Part shown: one piece after another, positions 9,817 through 20,508 of the stretch
Layout of the letters: every line of letters begins with the position of its first letter
How positions within the stretch are numbered: position 1 is the first letter of the stretch
Virus record (IMG/VR): IMGVR_UViG_3300023184_004234
Coordinates: 3,910-67,909 of that record
Length of the DNA: 64,000 nucleotides
Source of the DNA: a virus
Direction: 5' to 3' (one strand)
Program-made: the position numbers and the translations under genes
The notes under the pieces: model-generated
The model's input: only the letters and a program-made list of their open reading frames with translations
What the model was told of the DNA's origin: nothing
Database searches by the model: none

Positions 9817-10889
9817 TGGCATTAACTAAAAAATATATAGATACAACTAATAGTACGGAAGAAACGATTACTACTAAATTATATTTAGACCAATACAATA
9901 ATAATGAATTATCTAAATCAGTTAGTTTACAAGTAACGGAACTTATAAAACCTTTACCGGAAATAAGATTAGATTTAATTCCTAAACCAATATATGATAC
10001 GGAATTATCTCATAGTGCAGATTTACAAATTCAAGTAAACATATTAACGGCAGATGTTGATTCTTTAAAAGCAAGAGTACAGGCATTAATGGCAGATAGC
10101 TCATCATTGTATTTAGATAATGATAACCTAAGAGTACAAAATGCAGCGGTAAATAATAAATTAGGTTCTATACAAAAAACAACATTGGATTTAAAATCTA
10201 ATTTAACAACATCTTTAACTAAAGCAATTAATGAAGCAACCGAAAGAACTTCATTAGAAGCAGAGAATACAGGTTTAGTTGCACAAAAAACTGCATTAAT
10301 TAAACAAATAGATACTTTAAATAATTTATTAGCACAGGCAAATGCAAGTTTACAAGTAGCAGCACAACAATTAAGTGCAAAGGCACAAGCAATTGCGGGT
10401 GGTGGTATTTCTACCGGAGAGTTATCTACTATTGTATTTGAAAAGGGTGACCCAACAAAATTACAAGGTAATTTACCAAGAATGATGGCGGCTGATTATG
10501 GTAATGGATATGATTCTACGGTTAAAGTAGCAAAAACATTTGGAGCATCGGGTGGAGATTGGCCTAAAACATACCAATCATATTTTGAAGTGGTAGCTGG
10601 ACCTAAGGATATAACTGTTGATGTTAAATTTTCTGAAGCAGTTAATCAATCTATATGGGATTTTGGTACACTACCGGTTTCATTAAAAGCAAATGAAACT
10701 AAAAGATTTGATATGACAAAACCATCAGCGTATTTAAATGCATTGCCTGGTCAACATGGTGGTGGTTTATTTTCTCATTCAAAACCAACAGTATATGATT
10801 TTACATTTAGTATAATTGTAAAAGATATAGATGCTAATGGAAAAACTGAAAATAAAAATTTTACATATAGATTACACAATCACAACTAA
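9816..10889 (+). CDS. Putative structural protein with long coiled coil
   Basis: Heptad-rich central region (LKARVQALM...IDTLNNLLAQANASLQ) and a beta-rich C-terminus. Lies in the baseplate operon. Confidence 0.55.
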   Translation: MALTKKYIDTTNSTEETITTKLYLDQYNNNELSKSVSLQVTELIKPLPEIRLDLIPKPIYDTELSHSADLQIQVNILTADVDSLKARVQALMADSSSLYLDNDNLRVQNAAVNNKLGSIQKTTLDLKSNLTTSLTKAINEATERTSLEAENTGLVAQKTALIKQIDTLNNLLAQANASLQVAAQQLSAKAQAIAGGGISTGELSTIVFEKGDPTKLQGNLPRMMAADYGNGYDSTVKVAKTFGASGGDWPKTYQSYFEVVAGPKDITVDVKFSEAVNQSIWDFGTLPVSLKANETKRFDMTKPSAYLNALPGQHGGGLFSHSKPTVYDFTFSIIVKDIDANGKTENKNFTYRLHNHN

Positions 10890-10891
10890 TT

Positions 10892-12169
10892 ATGGCAATA
10901 AAAGATTTTAAAAATATTGAAAACATTAATCTTAATTTAGATTCAACTGCACAATTAGTTAGTTCTAAAGATTTGAATGTGTTTAAAACAATAGCTAAAA
11001 ATGTAACTGATTTTGGAATGTCAAAAAATGATGTTATTGAATTTAGATTATATGATTTAGCTAATAATTTATTACAACAAACAAATGGTGTAATGGTTAG
11101 ATATATACATAAAGATGATTTAACAAAATATCTTAAGAGTGATATAGACCCATTAACACAAGAAAAAGTATTTGATATTGATGTTGAAAAATTGGTGAAT
11201 GATGCGGGATATGGTAATGGTGAATTTAATGTAGTATTTAATTTTGTTAAAAACTATATTGGATTGGATGATAAAAAACAAAGAGTTTGGATACATGAAA
11301 TTTCACCAAGTAGAACTGAAATTCGTATTCAACCATTGTTAACCACCGATGTTTTACAAAATGATAAAATAACTTCTCGTTATAATTCATTCATAGATAA
11401 CGCATTAGAACTAAGAGAAAATTTAAGTACAATACAAAAACAAATAGATTCAATACAATTACAAATTAGTGATTTAATTGATAACTATTTAATACAACAA
11501 CATGGACCAAATTGGCTATCAGTTGTTAAAAAAGATTTTAAATTTGGAAATGATTCACAATACAAATCATTTAAAGAAAAAATATTTACAGATTTTAAAC
11601 AAAGTTTGTATAATCAATTTGATGGTAAAGAATATAAGTTAGGTAATTCTAACTATGGACAATTATCATCGCAACCATTAGATTTAGATGAATTTTATAA
11701 TACAAAACAAGTTCAAACATTGTTAATAAATAGATTGAGTGATTCTATTGATTTTAATATGAAAAATATTACATTCATAGATTACCCACAATCAATTAAA
11801 GATGTATTGAGAAATAAAGTAGATAATCAATTGTTGCAATCATTGATAACAACTACGGCAACTGCTACTTCTAATTTAACTCAAAATAATAAATTAACAG
11901 GATTAGATAAAACTATTATAATTACTCCAAATAAACCAGTTGAAGAAGAAATTATTATAAAAAAGAAACCGGCAGTCGAGCCTCCTTTGGTAGAACAAGA
12001 TAAACCAACACCAGAGCCAACTCCAATTGATTATGCACCAGGTGGCGGGGGTGGTGGAAATGGTGGAGGTGGCCAATTTGATACACAATCTTTGGAACAA
12101 GGTAGAGATGCTGGTATTTGGGGTACTGGTAATACGTTTGGTAGAGAACAATTACAAAATTATAAGTAA
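10892..12169 (+). CDS. Putative baseplate/virion structural protein
   Basis: Contains WIHEISPSRTEIRI and a Pro/Gly-rich C-terminal tail. Operon context. Confidence 0.55.
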   Translation: MAIKDFKNIENINLNLDSTAQLVSSKDLNVFKTIAKNVTDFGMSKNDVIEFRLYDLANNLLQQTNGVMVRYIHKDDLTKYLKSDIDPLTQEKVFDIDVEKLVNDAGYGNGEFNVVFNFVKNYIGLDDKKQRVWIHEISPSRTEIRIQPLLTTDVLQNDKITSRYNSFIDNALELRENLSTIQKQIDSIQLQISDLIDNYLIQQHGPNWLSVVKKDFKFGNDSQYKSFKEKIFTDFKQSLYNQFDGKEYKLGNSNYGQLSSQPLDLDEFYNTKQVQTLLINRLSDSIDFNMKNITFIDYPQSIKDVLRNKVDNQLLQSLITTTATATSNLTQNNKLTGLDKTIIITPNKPVEEEIIIKKKPAVEPPLVEQDKPTPEPTPIDYAPGGGGGGNGGGGQFDTQSLEQGRDAGIWGTGNTFGREQLQNYK

Positions 12170-12191
12170 TAACAACAATTTTATAATAGGA

Positions 12192-12199
12192 TATTTATA
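12192..12199 (+). promoter_or_regulatory. Putative late promoter (TATTTATA)
   Basis: Intergenic motif 4 nt before the ATG at 12204. Confidence 0.55.
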
Positions 12200-12203
12200 A
12201 ACA

Positions 12204-15200
12204 ATGCAAGCATACGATACAACTTCAATTGATTACAATCCATTAGGTGATTTATTTAACAATGGTGGCGGGTATAATAACGGCATTGGAGATAATGGCT
12301 TTAATGGTGTGGGTGGTTATACCGGTGGTAGTGGCGGCGGTTATACAGGTGGAGGAAATGGAGCATATACACCAACACCAACTCCTCCTGGAAATGATAT
12401 AAAACTTACACTTATTAATATAAGTGATTATCAAAATGAAATGACATTTGATATACAAAATAATGTATATCAAGAAGCCGCTTCAGTTAACATAGATTCA
12501 AATAAAATCAATGATAGTTTAATAATTAAACCAATTGTAAATGATAAGTTTAAAACAACAAATTATTTTGAATTACAAAAAGCATTAATTAGTAAACAAA
12601 TAGATGTAATTGATGTTGTACAACAAATTACACCTGTTATAAACATAAACCCATTTAGTTCTATATTCGGGGGAATGAGTGGTAATACCGGAGTTAGTGG
12701 TTTATTTGGTAATAGTTCTTTTAATTTTTGGAAAACACCGGAAACTAAAAAAACACTTACCGTAACTAAGAAACAAACAAAACAAATTTCTGGAGTTAGA
12801 TTAGTAGAATTTACTAATTCTGAAGTAATTAAAAGTGTAACAGATTATGAATTTCCACTAACAAAGACTTTAAATTTTGATATTGAGCGTGTAAAAACAC
12901 CAATGGCGGTTACAAACACAATTACACAGGCTATTCAATTTTCATCAAATTACAAAAATGATATATTAAATAATGAAGTAAATATTAAAGTTACTTCAAA
13001 TGATATACCAAATGGTGTTGTTAATACCAAAATACAAAATGAAGTAAAATTTACAAATTCAAATGGTACAATTGGTCCTGTTAAAATAGAACTTAGTGGA
13101 TTTGATAAATTTTTATTCAAAAGTATTAAGTGGCAATACACAGATAAATTCAACGAAAATTCTGATTTAAATTTAGGTGATTTTAATACTATAAACGATA
13201 CCATATTTAATATTGATGCGGCTACGTTTAATAAAAATATTATAATATTAGTAGAAGTAGAGCCAGATAGAGCAGATTATCCTATATTAACTTTAGTTAC
13301 CAATACAATAGAACAATCAATTTTAGAATCAGTATATGTTTCATCAACTAATTCTAAATTAATTGATGTTAATTTTGATTTAAAAAATACGGATTTTGTA
13401 AAGATAACTACACCTTATAGACAATATAATGTAGATGTAAATGCAACTACTTTGGCTCGTACTAAAATACAATTAGATTTAAAGAAAGATTTTTTAAATA
13501 ATGAAGGTTCTTTTAAAGTAGCATTAGTTCCATCATCTACGTTATATGGTGATGGTGACCCACAATATGTTATTATTAAATTATCTAAAACATTTGATAC
13601 ACCGATAATTGATAAAATTGATTATCCAACAAATGTTTATATTCCATCTTATACATTTGGTGATGTTAATTTTAAAGTATCGTTTGAATCTAAACTAGCA
13701 ACAACAATTTTAGTATATCATTCTAAAGAAGATGATAATACTGCGTTAGGTAAGTTTAGTGGAAAAGATTTTATTAGTTTAAATTACAAAGATTTAAAGA
13801 ATAGAAAAATAATTAATTCACCATTAGATTTATTAATTGTTCCTTACAACGGAAATGTTAAAGGTGAAATTGAAAGAATAACAATTAATTTTGAAGATGC
13901 TGGAATTTATGTATCTACTCCTGATTTAAAGGCTAATTTATTTAATGCAATTGCCGCTAATTTAAATTTATCTTTAGGAAACGAACAAAAATATTTATCT
14001 CACTTAGCATCATTTGATATTGATGATAAAGAGATATTAATTTCTAATTGGGATATTGATTATACTACATTTACTAAATTTAAAAGAGATAGTGTTGGTA
14101 ATAGTATTCCAGATGGTGATATAAGTAAAAGTATTGTATTAAAATTATATGAAGCATTACCTGCTAATATAAATAAAAATGATACATTATGGGTATCTCG
14201 TTTAATGTCTTTACCTATTATCCAAAGAATAGTAGTAAGTAGTAAACCAGAAACAAACGCTTTACCATTAAGAGCACCAAACTTTAATATAGAAGTAGAT
14301 TATGTAAAAGGACAATCTACAATATACGAATCATATGATGATTTAATATTGAAAGGTAGTGAATCATCACAACAAATAGTAGATAAATTACTTTCACAAA
14401 ATTTTGTAGAAACAAGTAGAATTAATATAGATTATTCTAATTTTTCTAACTTTGTAAAATATAGTAGTGTAGTTGAAAGATTAGCAAACTTTAAATACAA
14501 AAAAGAATTAGCAGAATACTATGAGGATAGAATTGGTTATTTAAACGAACAAACGCAAAGTATTAATGTAATACAGGATGTAACAAAATATTCTGAAAAA
14601 TTATCTACATTGGTTAGTGGGTTTGATGGTTGGGAAAATAGTTTAGTAAGTGCTTCATTGGTATTCACTGCAGATAGTGCTTCTTACGCATCCTTTCCTG
14701 GTGGTAGATTTAATTTATTAAGTGGGGAAACTGCATTTAGTAATGATGGTTCAACTTATATTACGAATCCAAACACAACACTTACTAATTGGTATTTAGG
14801 AACAATGGATTCAGCGTCGGTTTATGATAATATGAACCTTAATGCATTAAAAAATAACATTCCACAATTTATAAGTGAAGATGAAAACAATTCAGATTAT
14901 TTATTGTTCTTAGATATGGTGGGTAACCACTTTGATATTCTTTGGAGTTATATTAAAGGTATGACAGACCAAAGGATGATTACCGAAACTAATTCATATG
15001 GTATTAATGATGAATTACTTTATAACTATTTAGAATCATTTAGTTGGGATGCTAAAAACTTAAATTCAAATAAAAACCTATGGGGATATTTGTTTGGACA
15101 AGATGGGGATGGTGTTAGTGTATTAAATAATGCGGATGATTATACAATTACTCCTGAACAATATACAAAAACAATTTGGAGAAGAATTGCAAATAACTTA

Positions 15201-17369
15201 CCTTATTTATTAAAACACAAAGGGTCTAAGCGTGGTATAAAAGCATTGATGAGTTCATATGGTATACCACAATCAATGTTAACTATAATGGAATTCGGTG
15301 GACCTGTCGCAGATGATGCAGCATCATCTACGTTTACATATGAAACATTGAGTTCTACTTTAGTATTTAATACGGGTTCATATCTAACTTCTAGTTGGGA
15401 TGCAGGAATGGTTAAGGCAATTCAATTTAGAATTAAGCCGGAGTTTGAAACATATGTTGAATTAATGAGTGGTAGTGGGTTTTCGTTATTTATAAGTGCT
15501 TCACATAGAGATGATAACAATAATTATGTTATTAAAAATAAAGAATTAGGAAGTTTACAATTATACTTAGATAATTATCCATATGGAAGTTTAATACTCT
15601 CATCTTCATTATATCCATTTTTTGATGGGAATTTTCATTCTATTTTAATAAATAATGATTATGATGGAAATTATTCAGCACATTATGGATATGGTGATAA
15701 AGATAGAATTGTAAAACAAGGAAGTGTAACCGGTAGTGGTGGTATTACTGCATGGTGCCCGGATGATAATATAAAAATTGGTAATTTTAATGGTGAATTA
15801 GATGAATTTAGATTATGGAAAGAACCACTATCATCATCTATATTTGATTTACATATTTTAGGTAGTGAATTAATTGTAGGAAATACAATGAAAAGTTCTA
15901 CCGAAGATTTATTATTAAGATTGGATTTTGAATATCCACATTCTTTATATCCAACTGGAATGGTAAAAAACGTAGCACCAATTACTTCATTTATGAATGA
16001 TGTAAGTGCAAGTGGATTTATTTCAGCATCACAATACAATAGTAGTTCTTCACAACATTGGAATTACAAATATATTGATAAAGATGTAACAATTACTTTA
16101 CCAAATACAGGTGCTAATAGATTATCAAATGATAAAATTAGATTTGAATCTCAAGAATTAATTAGTGATTTATCTCCGGTTAAAAGAGCAACTAAAAAAG
16201 CATTTGAAACCACTAAAATGGATTCAAATAGAGTTGGTATATTTTTCTCACCTAATAAAGATTTAGATTTAGATATTGCAAAATCTTTAGGTGGTGGTAG
16301 TTTAGATGATTATATTGGTGACCCATCAGATGATTATAAAAATACATACAAAGAGTTAGATACACTTAGAGAATATTATTTTGAAAGAGTATCTAATAGA
16401 AACATTTATGATTTTATTAAATTAATTAAATTCTTTGATAAATCGTTCTTTGTTAATCTTAAGGAAATGATGCCGGCGAGAGTAAAGGTAACTGAAGGAT
16501 TATTAATAGCACCACACTTTTTAGAAAGAAGTAAGGTTAAACGAAACAAACCAACCGCAATTAATGAGCAACACGAAGGAACAATAACTGATACACAAAT
16601 TACAGAATTAAGTAGTACATTTAATGTATTAGATACTAATTTAAGTTTATCTGGTTCATTAGAAAATATTAGTGGTGTAAATGAAGGATATGATGTATTC
16701 TTAACGGCATCTAACGTTTATAATTTTAAAGGTGAGTATGATACCTATGATGCAAACATTGGTAATATTATAATAGATATAGCAAGTGGTGAATACGATA
16801 CATATGAAAGTGAAATTGATTATAGAAGACATAATCCAACAATAACAACAGAATATGATTTATTTTCAGCGGGGCAGATTGTTGGTATGGATGATAATTA
16901 TATTAATTATGGTTTCAATACCTATTTTAATAATGGATATGGTAAATATCATTATGAAGAAAATGGTACATTTAAATCAAAGGGTGTAAGAGCATTTATA
17001 GTAACAAAACAAAATACTATTCTTACACAATTAAATCAAAATGGTATAAATGGTAGTGAAGCAAACATAGTAACATCATCATACTCACAAGAATTAATAG
17101 TTCAAGATTTTAGTGCAAGTGTTGGTTTAACAATTGGTGGAAATATTATTGCAATACAAACCGCTAGTGGATATTTACCATCTCATTATATTTATAAAGG
17201 AGAGAAACATACCGGAACTCAGAATTTGTTTTATAGAGGTTCTAAGCAAACAATAGATACTACAATTGATGGTAAAGAAGCGGTTGAATCATTTGTAACT
17301 AATCCAACTACATTAAGAGTAACGGCACAAGGTAGAAGTAATAACGAACCAATCTTAGAAGTAGATTAA
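12204..17369 (+). CDS. Large baseplate protein (P2 gpI/T4 gp7-like core plus Ig-like and LamG-like domains)
   Basis: 1721 aa. YLLKHKGSKRGIKALMSSYG and KEMMPARVK resemble P2 gpI motifs, FNGELDEFRLWKEPL is LamG-like, and the N-terminus is Gly-rich. Confidence 0.6.
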   Translation: MQAYDTTSIDYNPLGDLFNNGGGYNNGIGDNGFNGVGGYTGGSGGGYTGGGNGAYTPTPTPPGNDIKLTLINISDYQNEMTFDIQNNVYQEAASVNIDSNKINDSLIIKPIVNDKFKTTNYFELQKALISKQIDVIDVVQQITPVININPFSSIFGGMSGNTGVSGLFGNSSFNFWKTPETKKTLTVTKKQTKQISGVRLVEFTNSEVIKSVTDYEFPLTKTLNFDIERVKTPMAVTNTITQAIQFSSNYKNDILNNEVNIKVTSNDIPNGVVNTKIQNEVKFTNSNGTIGPVKIELSGFDKFLFKSIKWQYTDKFNENSDLNLGDFNTINDTIFNIDAATFNKNIIILVEVEPDRADYPILTLVTNTIEQSILESVYVSSTNSKLIDVNFDLKNTDFVKITTPYRQYNVDVNATTLARTKIQLDLKKDFLNNEGSFKVALVPSSTLYGDGDPQYVIIKLSKTFDTPIIDKIDYPTNVYIPSYTFGDVNFKVSFESKLATTILVYHSKEDDNTALGKFSGKDFISLNYKDLKNRKIINSPLDLLIVPYNGNVKGEIERITINFEDAGIYVSTPDLKANLFNAIAANLNLSLGNEQKYLSHLASFDIDDKEILISNWDIDYTTFTKFKRDSVGNSIPDGDISKSIVLKLYEALPANINKNDTLWVSRLMSLPIIQRIVVSSKPETNALPLRAPNFNIEVDYVKGQSTIYESYDDLILKGSESSQQIVDKLLSQNFVETSRINIDYSNFSNFVKYSSVVERLANFKYKKELAEYYEDRIGYLNEQTQSINVIQDVTKYSEKLSTLVSGFDGWENSLVSASLVFTADSASYASFPGGRFNLLSGETAFSNDGSTYITNPNTTLTNWYLGTMDSASVYDNMNLNALKNNIPQFISEDENNSDYLLFLDMVGNHFDILWSYIKGMTDQRMITETNSYGINDELLYNYLESFSWDAKNLNSNKNLWGYLFGQDGDGVSVLNNADDYTITPEQYTKTIWRRIANNLPYLLKHKGSKRGIKALMSSYGIPQSMLTIMEFGGPVADDAASSTFTYETLSSTLVFNTGSYLTSSWDAGMVKAIQFRIKPEFETYVELMSGSGFSLFISASHRDDNNNYVIKNKELGSLQLYLDNYPYGSLILSSSLYPFFDGNFHSILINNDYDGNYSAHYGYGDKDRIVKQGSVTGSGGITAWCPDDNIKIGNFNGELDEFRLWKEPLSSSIFDLHILGSELIVGNTMKSSTEDLLLRLDFEYPHSLYPTGMVKNVAPITSFMNDVSASGFISASQYNSSSSQHWNYKYIDKDVTITLPNTGANRLSNDKIRFESQELISDLSPVKRATKKAFETTKMDSNRVGIFFSPNKDLDLDIAKSLGGGSLDDYIGDPSDDYKNTYKELDTLREYYFERVSNRNIYDFIKLIKFFDKSFFVNLKEMMPARVKVTEGLLIAPHFLERSKVKRNKPTAINEQHEGTITDTQITELSSTFNVLDTNLSLSGSLENISGVNEGYDVFLTASNVYNFKGEYDTYDANIGNIIIDIASGEYDTYESEIDYRRHNPTITTEYDLFSAGQIVGMDDNYINYGFNTYFNNGYGKYHYEENGTFKSKGVRAFIVTKQNTILTQLNQNGINGSEANIVTSSYSQELIVQDFSASVGLTIGGNIIAIQTASGYLPSHYIYKGEKHTGTQNLFYRGSKQTIDTTIDGKEAVESFVTNPTTLRVTAQGRSNNEPILEVD

Positions 17370-17397
17370 AAATAATGTAACAAAAAAATATTTTATA

Positions 17398-17405
17398 TAT
17401 TTATA
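17398..17405 (+). promoter_or_regulatory. Putative late promoter (TATTTATA)
   Basis: Intergenic motif upstream of the ATG at 17425. Confidence 0.55.
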
Positions 17406-17424
17406 AAAGAATAATAAACAAACT

Positions 17425-18048
17425 ATGGCATACTTAGATAACACAACAATTACAGTAGATGCTATCCTTACCAAAAAAGGTAGAGAGAAATTAGCAGCTG
17501 GACAACCTTTAGCAATTAGTCAATTTGCATTGGGTGATGATGAAATTGATTACCTATTATATGATGCAGCACATCCAAAAGGTTCTGCATATTATGATAA
17601 TGCAATTTTGAAAACACCGGTATTAGAAGCATCTCCTGATGAGACTCAGGCGTTGAAATATAAATTAGTAACTTTACCAAAAAACACAACAAGAATACCA
17701 CAAGTATCTTTAAATGTTACTGGTATTGCAGCTAAAACAACCGGTGGACAATATCCAATTAATCCTTCAACATCTCCAGCAGGAAATATGAATGGTGGAT
17801 ATACTGCGGTTTTGGGTAATAAAAATGCAGGTAGTATTGTAGGAGCAGGTTTAACAAATGTAACTACTACAACAAATACTTTCAGTAATAGTGTAACTGC
17901 AACTGCTGAAGTTGTAAAAGGATTAACCTTTACATTTATTCCTAATAGTTCATTGACTTCAACATTAACAACAACATTGACTATATTTGGTAACGAAACG
18001 GGTGGTAGTGTAACTATTCCTGTAACAGTTACTTATACAATAGCATAA
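17425..18048 (+). CDS. Virion structural protein resembling the N-terminal half of a tail-collar (P2 gpH/DUF3751-like) domain
   Basis: DAILTKKGREKLAAGQPLAISQFALGDDE followed by a Thr-rich Ig-like C-terminus. Confidence 0.55.
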   Translation: MAYLDNTTITVDAILTKKGREKLAAGQPLAISQFALGDDEIDYLLYDAAHPKGSAYYDNAILKTPVLEASPDETQALKYKLVTLPKNTTRIPQVSLNVTGIAAKTTGGQYPINPSTSPAGNMNGGYTAVLGNKNAGSIVGAGLTNVTTTTNTFSNSVTATAEVVKGLTFTFIPNSSLTSTLTTTLTIFGNETGGSVTIPVTVTYTIA

Positions 18049-18065
18049 AAATATAATAAAAGAAT

Positions 18066-19283
18066 ATGGCAACTTTAGGTACAAATACCGGAACACAATT
18101 AACCAATGATTTAGCAACATATCTTAACCAACAAAAGCAATCAGCTAATGGGGTTATCGATACTAATCAATTGGCAACTATTATTAATACTTACCTTACA
18201 ACCGGTGAGCAATTAGTAGCAGAGACTGGAGTAACAACAAACTCAGTATACAAAAAATTCAATACAACTGATATTGTAACTGCTAAAAATGAAATCGTAA
18301 CAACTGGATTATGGAGTAATGGTAGTGGAAGTTTAAGTACTTTCTATACAGGTTCTTCTACATCTATTGCAGGTATGAGTGGTTCTGCAACATCTAATTA
18401 CTATTACAATGTATATGCATCTGCTAATACCGGTTCAGCGCCTGTTGAATTTTCAGTAGCATATGGTCATAAATATGGTAGTGGTTCAGCAACTTATGCT
18501 AATAATTCTAACACTACATTTGCAACAAAAGCAACATATTTTCAATATAGAGCATTATTAACAGATACAGCAGAAACTAGTTTTAATTTTTATTCATCTA
18601 GTACGTTAGATGGATATGCTGCAAATGAAATTTATGTAATAAATGTAGCTCGTTCTAATTACAGAGAAAGAATGGATGCTGGGAATTGGGAAATTACTTT
18701 AAGTGGTTCTAATGGTAAATTTACATTTATCGATAATAGTAATGAAAAATTCAATACAACTAACGCAGGTACTAACGAATATAATATTGTAAGTGGTACA
18801 TTGAATTTAGGACAAAATATTGATTCAACAATAAACACATATACTGCATCTAATAAACAAGGATTTGGTAAATTCTACCCTGATTATGGTATTTTAGTAT
18901 TCAATCCTGGAGCATTAAGTTCTACGATTGGTAGTGAATTAGCAACATCTGGTTCTTCATTTGATGAGTATGAACAAAAAAGAATATTTAAATCAATTGT
19001 TGGTGGTGGTAATTTTGAAGCAAGAAGAATTGAAAATGTATCAACCGCACATTACTTTGTAAGAGTTAATAATAGAGAGTTTAACTTTTCTAATAACCCT
19101 ACATTTGTAGATGCAACTGGTTCAATGGCTAATCCTACTTTTAAAACAGAACCATATGTATATCCTACTACGGTTGGTTTATACAATGATGCAAATGAAT
19201 TAATAGCAGTGGCTAAAACATCTCAACCAATCGCTAAATCTTTTAGTAAAGAATTACTATTAAAGGTTAAGTTAGATTTCTAA
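18066..19283 (+). CDS. Virion structural protein (baseplate/tail collar-like)
   Basis: Ser/Gly/Thr-rich. C-terminal YPTTVGLYNDANELIAVAKTSQPIAK...VKLDF is shared with 19388..20482. Confidence 0.6.
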   Translation: MATLGTNTGTQLTNDLATYLNQQKQSANGVIDTNQLATIINTYLTTGEQLVAETGVTTNSVYKKFNTTDIVTAKNEIVTTGLWSNGSGSLSTFYTGSSTSIAGMSGSATSNYYYNVYASANTGSAPVEFSVAYGHKYGSGSATYANNSNTTFATKATYFQYRALLTDTAETSFNFYSSSTLDGYAANEIYVINVARSNYRERMDAGNWEITLSGSNGKFTFIDNSNEKFNTTNAGTNEYNIVSGTLNLGQNIDSTINTYTASNKQGFGKFYPDYGILVFNPGALSSTIGSELATSGSSFDEYEQKRIFKSIVGGGNFEARRIENVSTAHYFVRVNNREFNFSNNPTFVDATGSMANPTFKTEPYVYPTTVGLYNDANELIAVAKTSQPIAKSFSKELLLKVKLDF

Positions 19284-19332
19284 TAAAATATTTGTTTGGG
19301 AGTATCGTAGGACAAAAACCAAACACATAATT

Positions 19333-19366
19333 AAGAACCCAACCCTAAAAAGTTGGGTTTTTGTTT
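19333..19366 (+). terminator. Rho-independent terminator
   Basis: Stem AAGAACCCAAC (19333-19343) / GTTGGGTTTTT (19352-19362), 8-nt loop, T-rich 3' end, downstream of the structural genes. Confidence 0.75.
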
Positions 19367-19373
19367 AATAAGA

Positions 19374-19381
19374 TATTTATA
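19374..19381 (+). promoter_or_regulatory. Putative late promoter (TATTTATA)
   Basis: Immediately after the terminator and 6 nt before the ATG at 19388. Confidence 0.6.
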
Positions 19382-19387
19382 TAAGAT

Positions 19388-20482
19388 ATGTTAAAACAAA
19401 TACCTAAATCAGATATTAATTTAAGACCTTTTAAGGCTTATAAAAATTGGGAAATTTCTAGTTCAATGGACGGGATAACAACACTTACTGCAGCAGATTA
19501 TACTGCAAGTGCTGATTTATTAACATCTACTGAATTAAATGAAAAGGGATTATATCATCAACTATATACAATGTATTATAGAGACCCTAATAATCCATTT
19601 ACATCCTATGGTGATATAAAACCAACTACAACTACAATAGATAATGCTAAACAAAGATTATTAGTAGATAGAGCAAGAGTTATAGCAATACCGCAAATAA
19701 AATATGGCGAACAAATAAAACCATTTTCAATAAACATTTATGATAACGAATTAAATGAAACTATTTTTGATGATGGTCATGGTAATTTAATATCAAATTA
19801 TAGTTCATATAATTTTAAATTAATCAATATTGAAACGGGTGAATTTATATTTTATGATGCAAATAATAATGAAATTGAAAGTACAATATTATCGTTAGAT
19901 ATTGAAACTAATACATTATTTGTAGAGGATGAAGACACCTTTTATTTATTAACAATAGATATAGAAGCAGGTACTATTAGTTTTTTAGGTGTATTTAAAA
20001 AGAAAACATTTGATGTACCTACTATTGGTAATGTATTTTATTCACATGGTTTAATTGTTATAACAAAATTAACACAATTAGGTGGAGTAAGATACAATTC
20101 ATTAAGTACGTTTAGCGGTTCATACAAATCAACTACTACTATTTATGAAAACGAAGTATTGTTAATTGTTGGTGAAGATGAATTTAATGTATCAACTAAT
20201 CCAACTGCTACAATTGCAACAAATGTTATAACAGGTTCTATATCAACTACATTTGAAGGAATTAAAAAAACTACATATAGTGATAATTATCAATTACCTT
20301 CTTTCAATGAATATGAATATAGTTCATCCGTAGACCCAACTGGTTCATTTATAGCACCTTATATTACAACAATTGGTTTATATGATGATAATATGGATAT
20401 GGTAGCAGTAGCTAAATTAGCAACTCCTATTAAATCAACTCCAGACCTTCCTGTAAACTTTTTAGTACGATTTGATACTTAA
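19388..20482 (+). CDS. Virion structural protein, paralog of 18066..19283
   Basis: DDGHGNL, GNVFYSHGLIVIT, EFNVSTNPT and PYITTIGLYDDNMDMVAVAKLATPIK...VRFD. Confidence 0.6.
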   Translation: MLKQIPKSDINLRPFKAYKNWEISSSMDGITTLTAADYTASADLLTSTELNEKGLYHQLYTMYYRDPNNPFTSYGDIKPTTTTIDNAKQRLLVDRARVIAIPQIKYGEQIKPFSINIYDNELNETIFDDGHGNLISNYSSYNFKLINIETGEFIFYDANNNEIESTILSLDIETNTLFVEDEDTFYLLTIDIEAGTISFLGVFKKKTFDVPTIGNVFYSHGLIVITKLTQLGGVRYNSLSTFSGSYKSTTTIYENEVLLIVGEDEFNVSTNPTATIATNVITGSISTTFEGIKKTTYSDNYQLPSFNEYEYSSSVDPTGSFIAPYITTIGLYDDNMDMVAVAKLATPIKSTPDLPVNFLVRFDT

Positions 20483-20486
20483 CTTA

Positions 20487-20494
20487 TATTTATA
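20487..20494 (+). promoter_or_regulatory. Putative late promoter (TATTTATA)
   Basis: Intergenic motif upstream of the ATG at 20509. Confidence 0.5.
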
Positions 20495-20508
20495 TAAAAC
20501 AAAACACA

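Noticed and set aside
12263-12390. GGT/GGC-rich low-complexity tracts (also about 12040-12075)
   Set aside because: They encode Gly-rich linkers in structural proteins and are not CRISPR or regulatory repeats.
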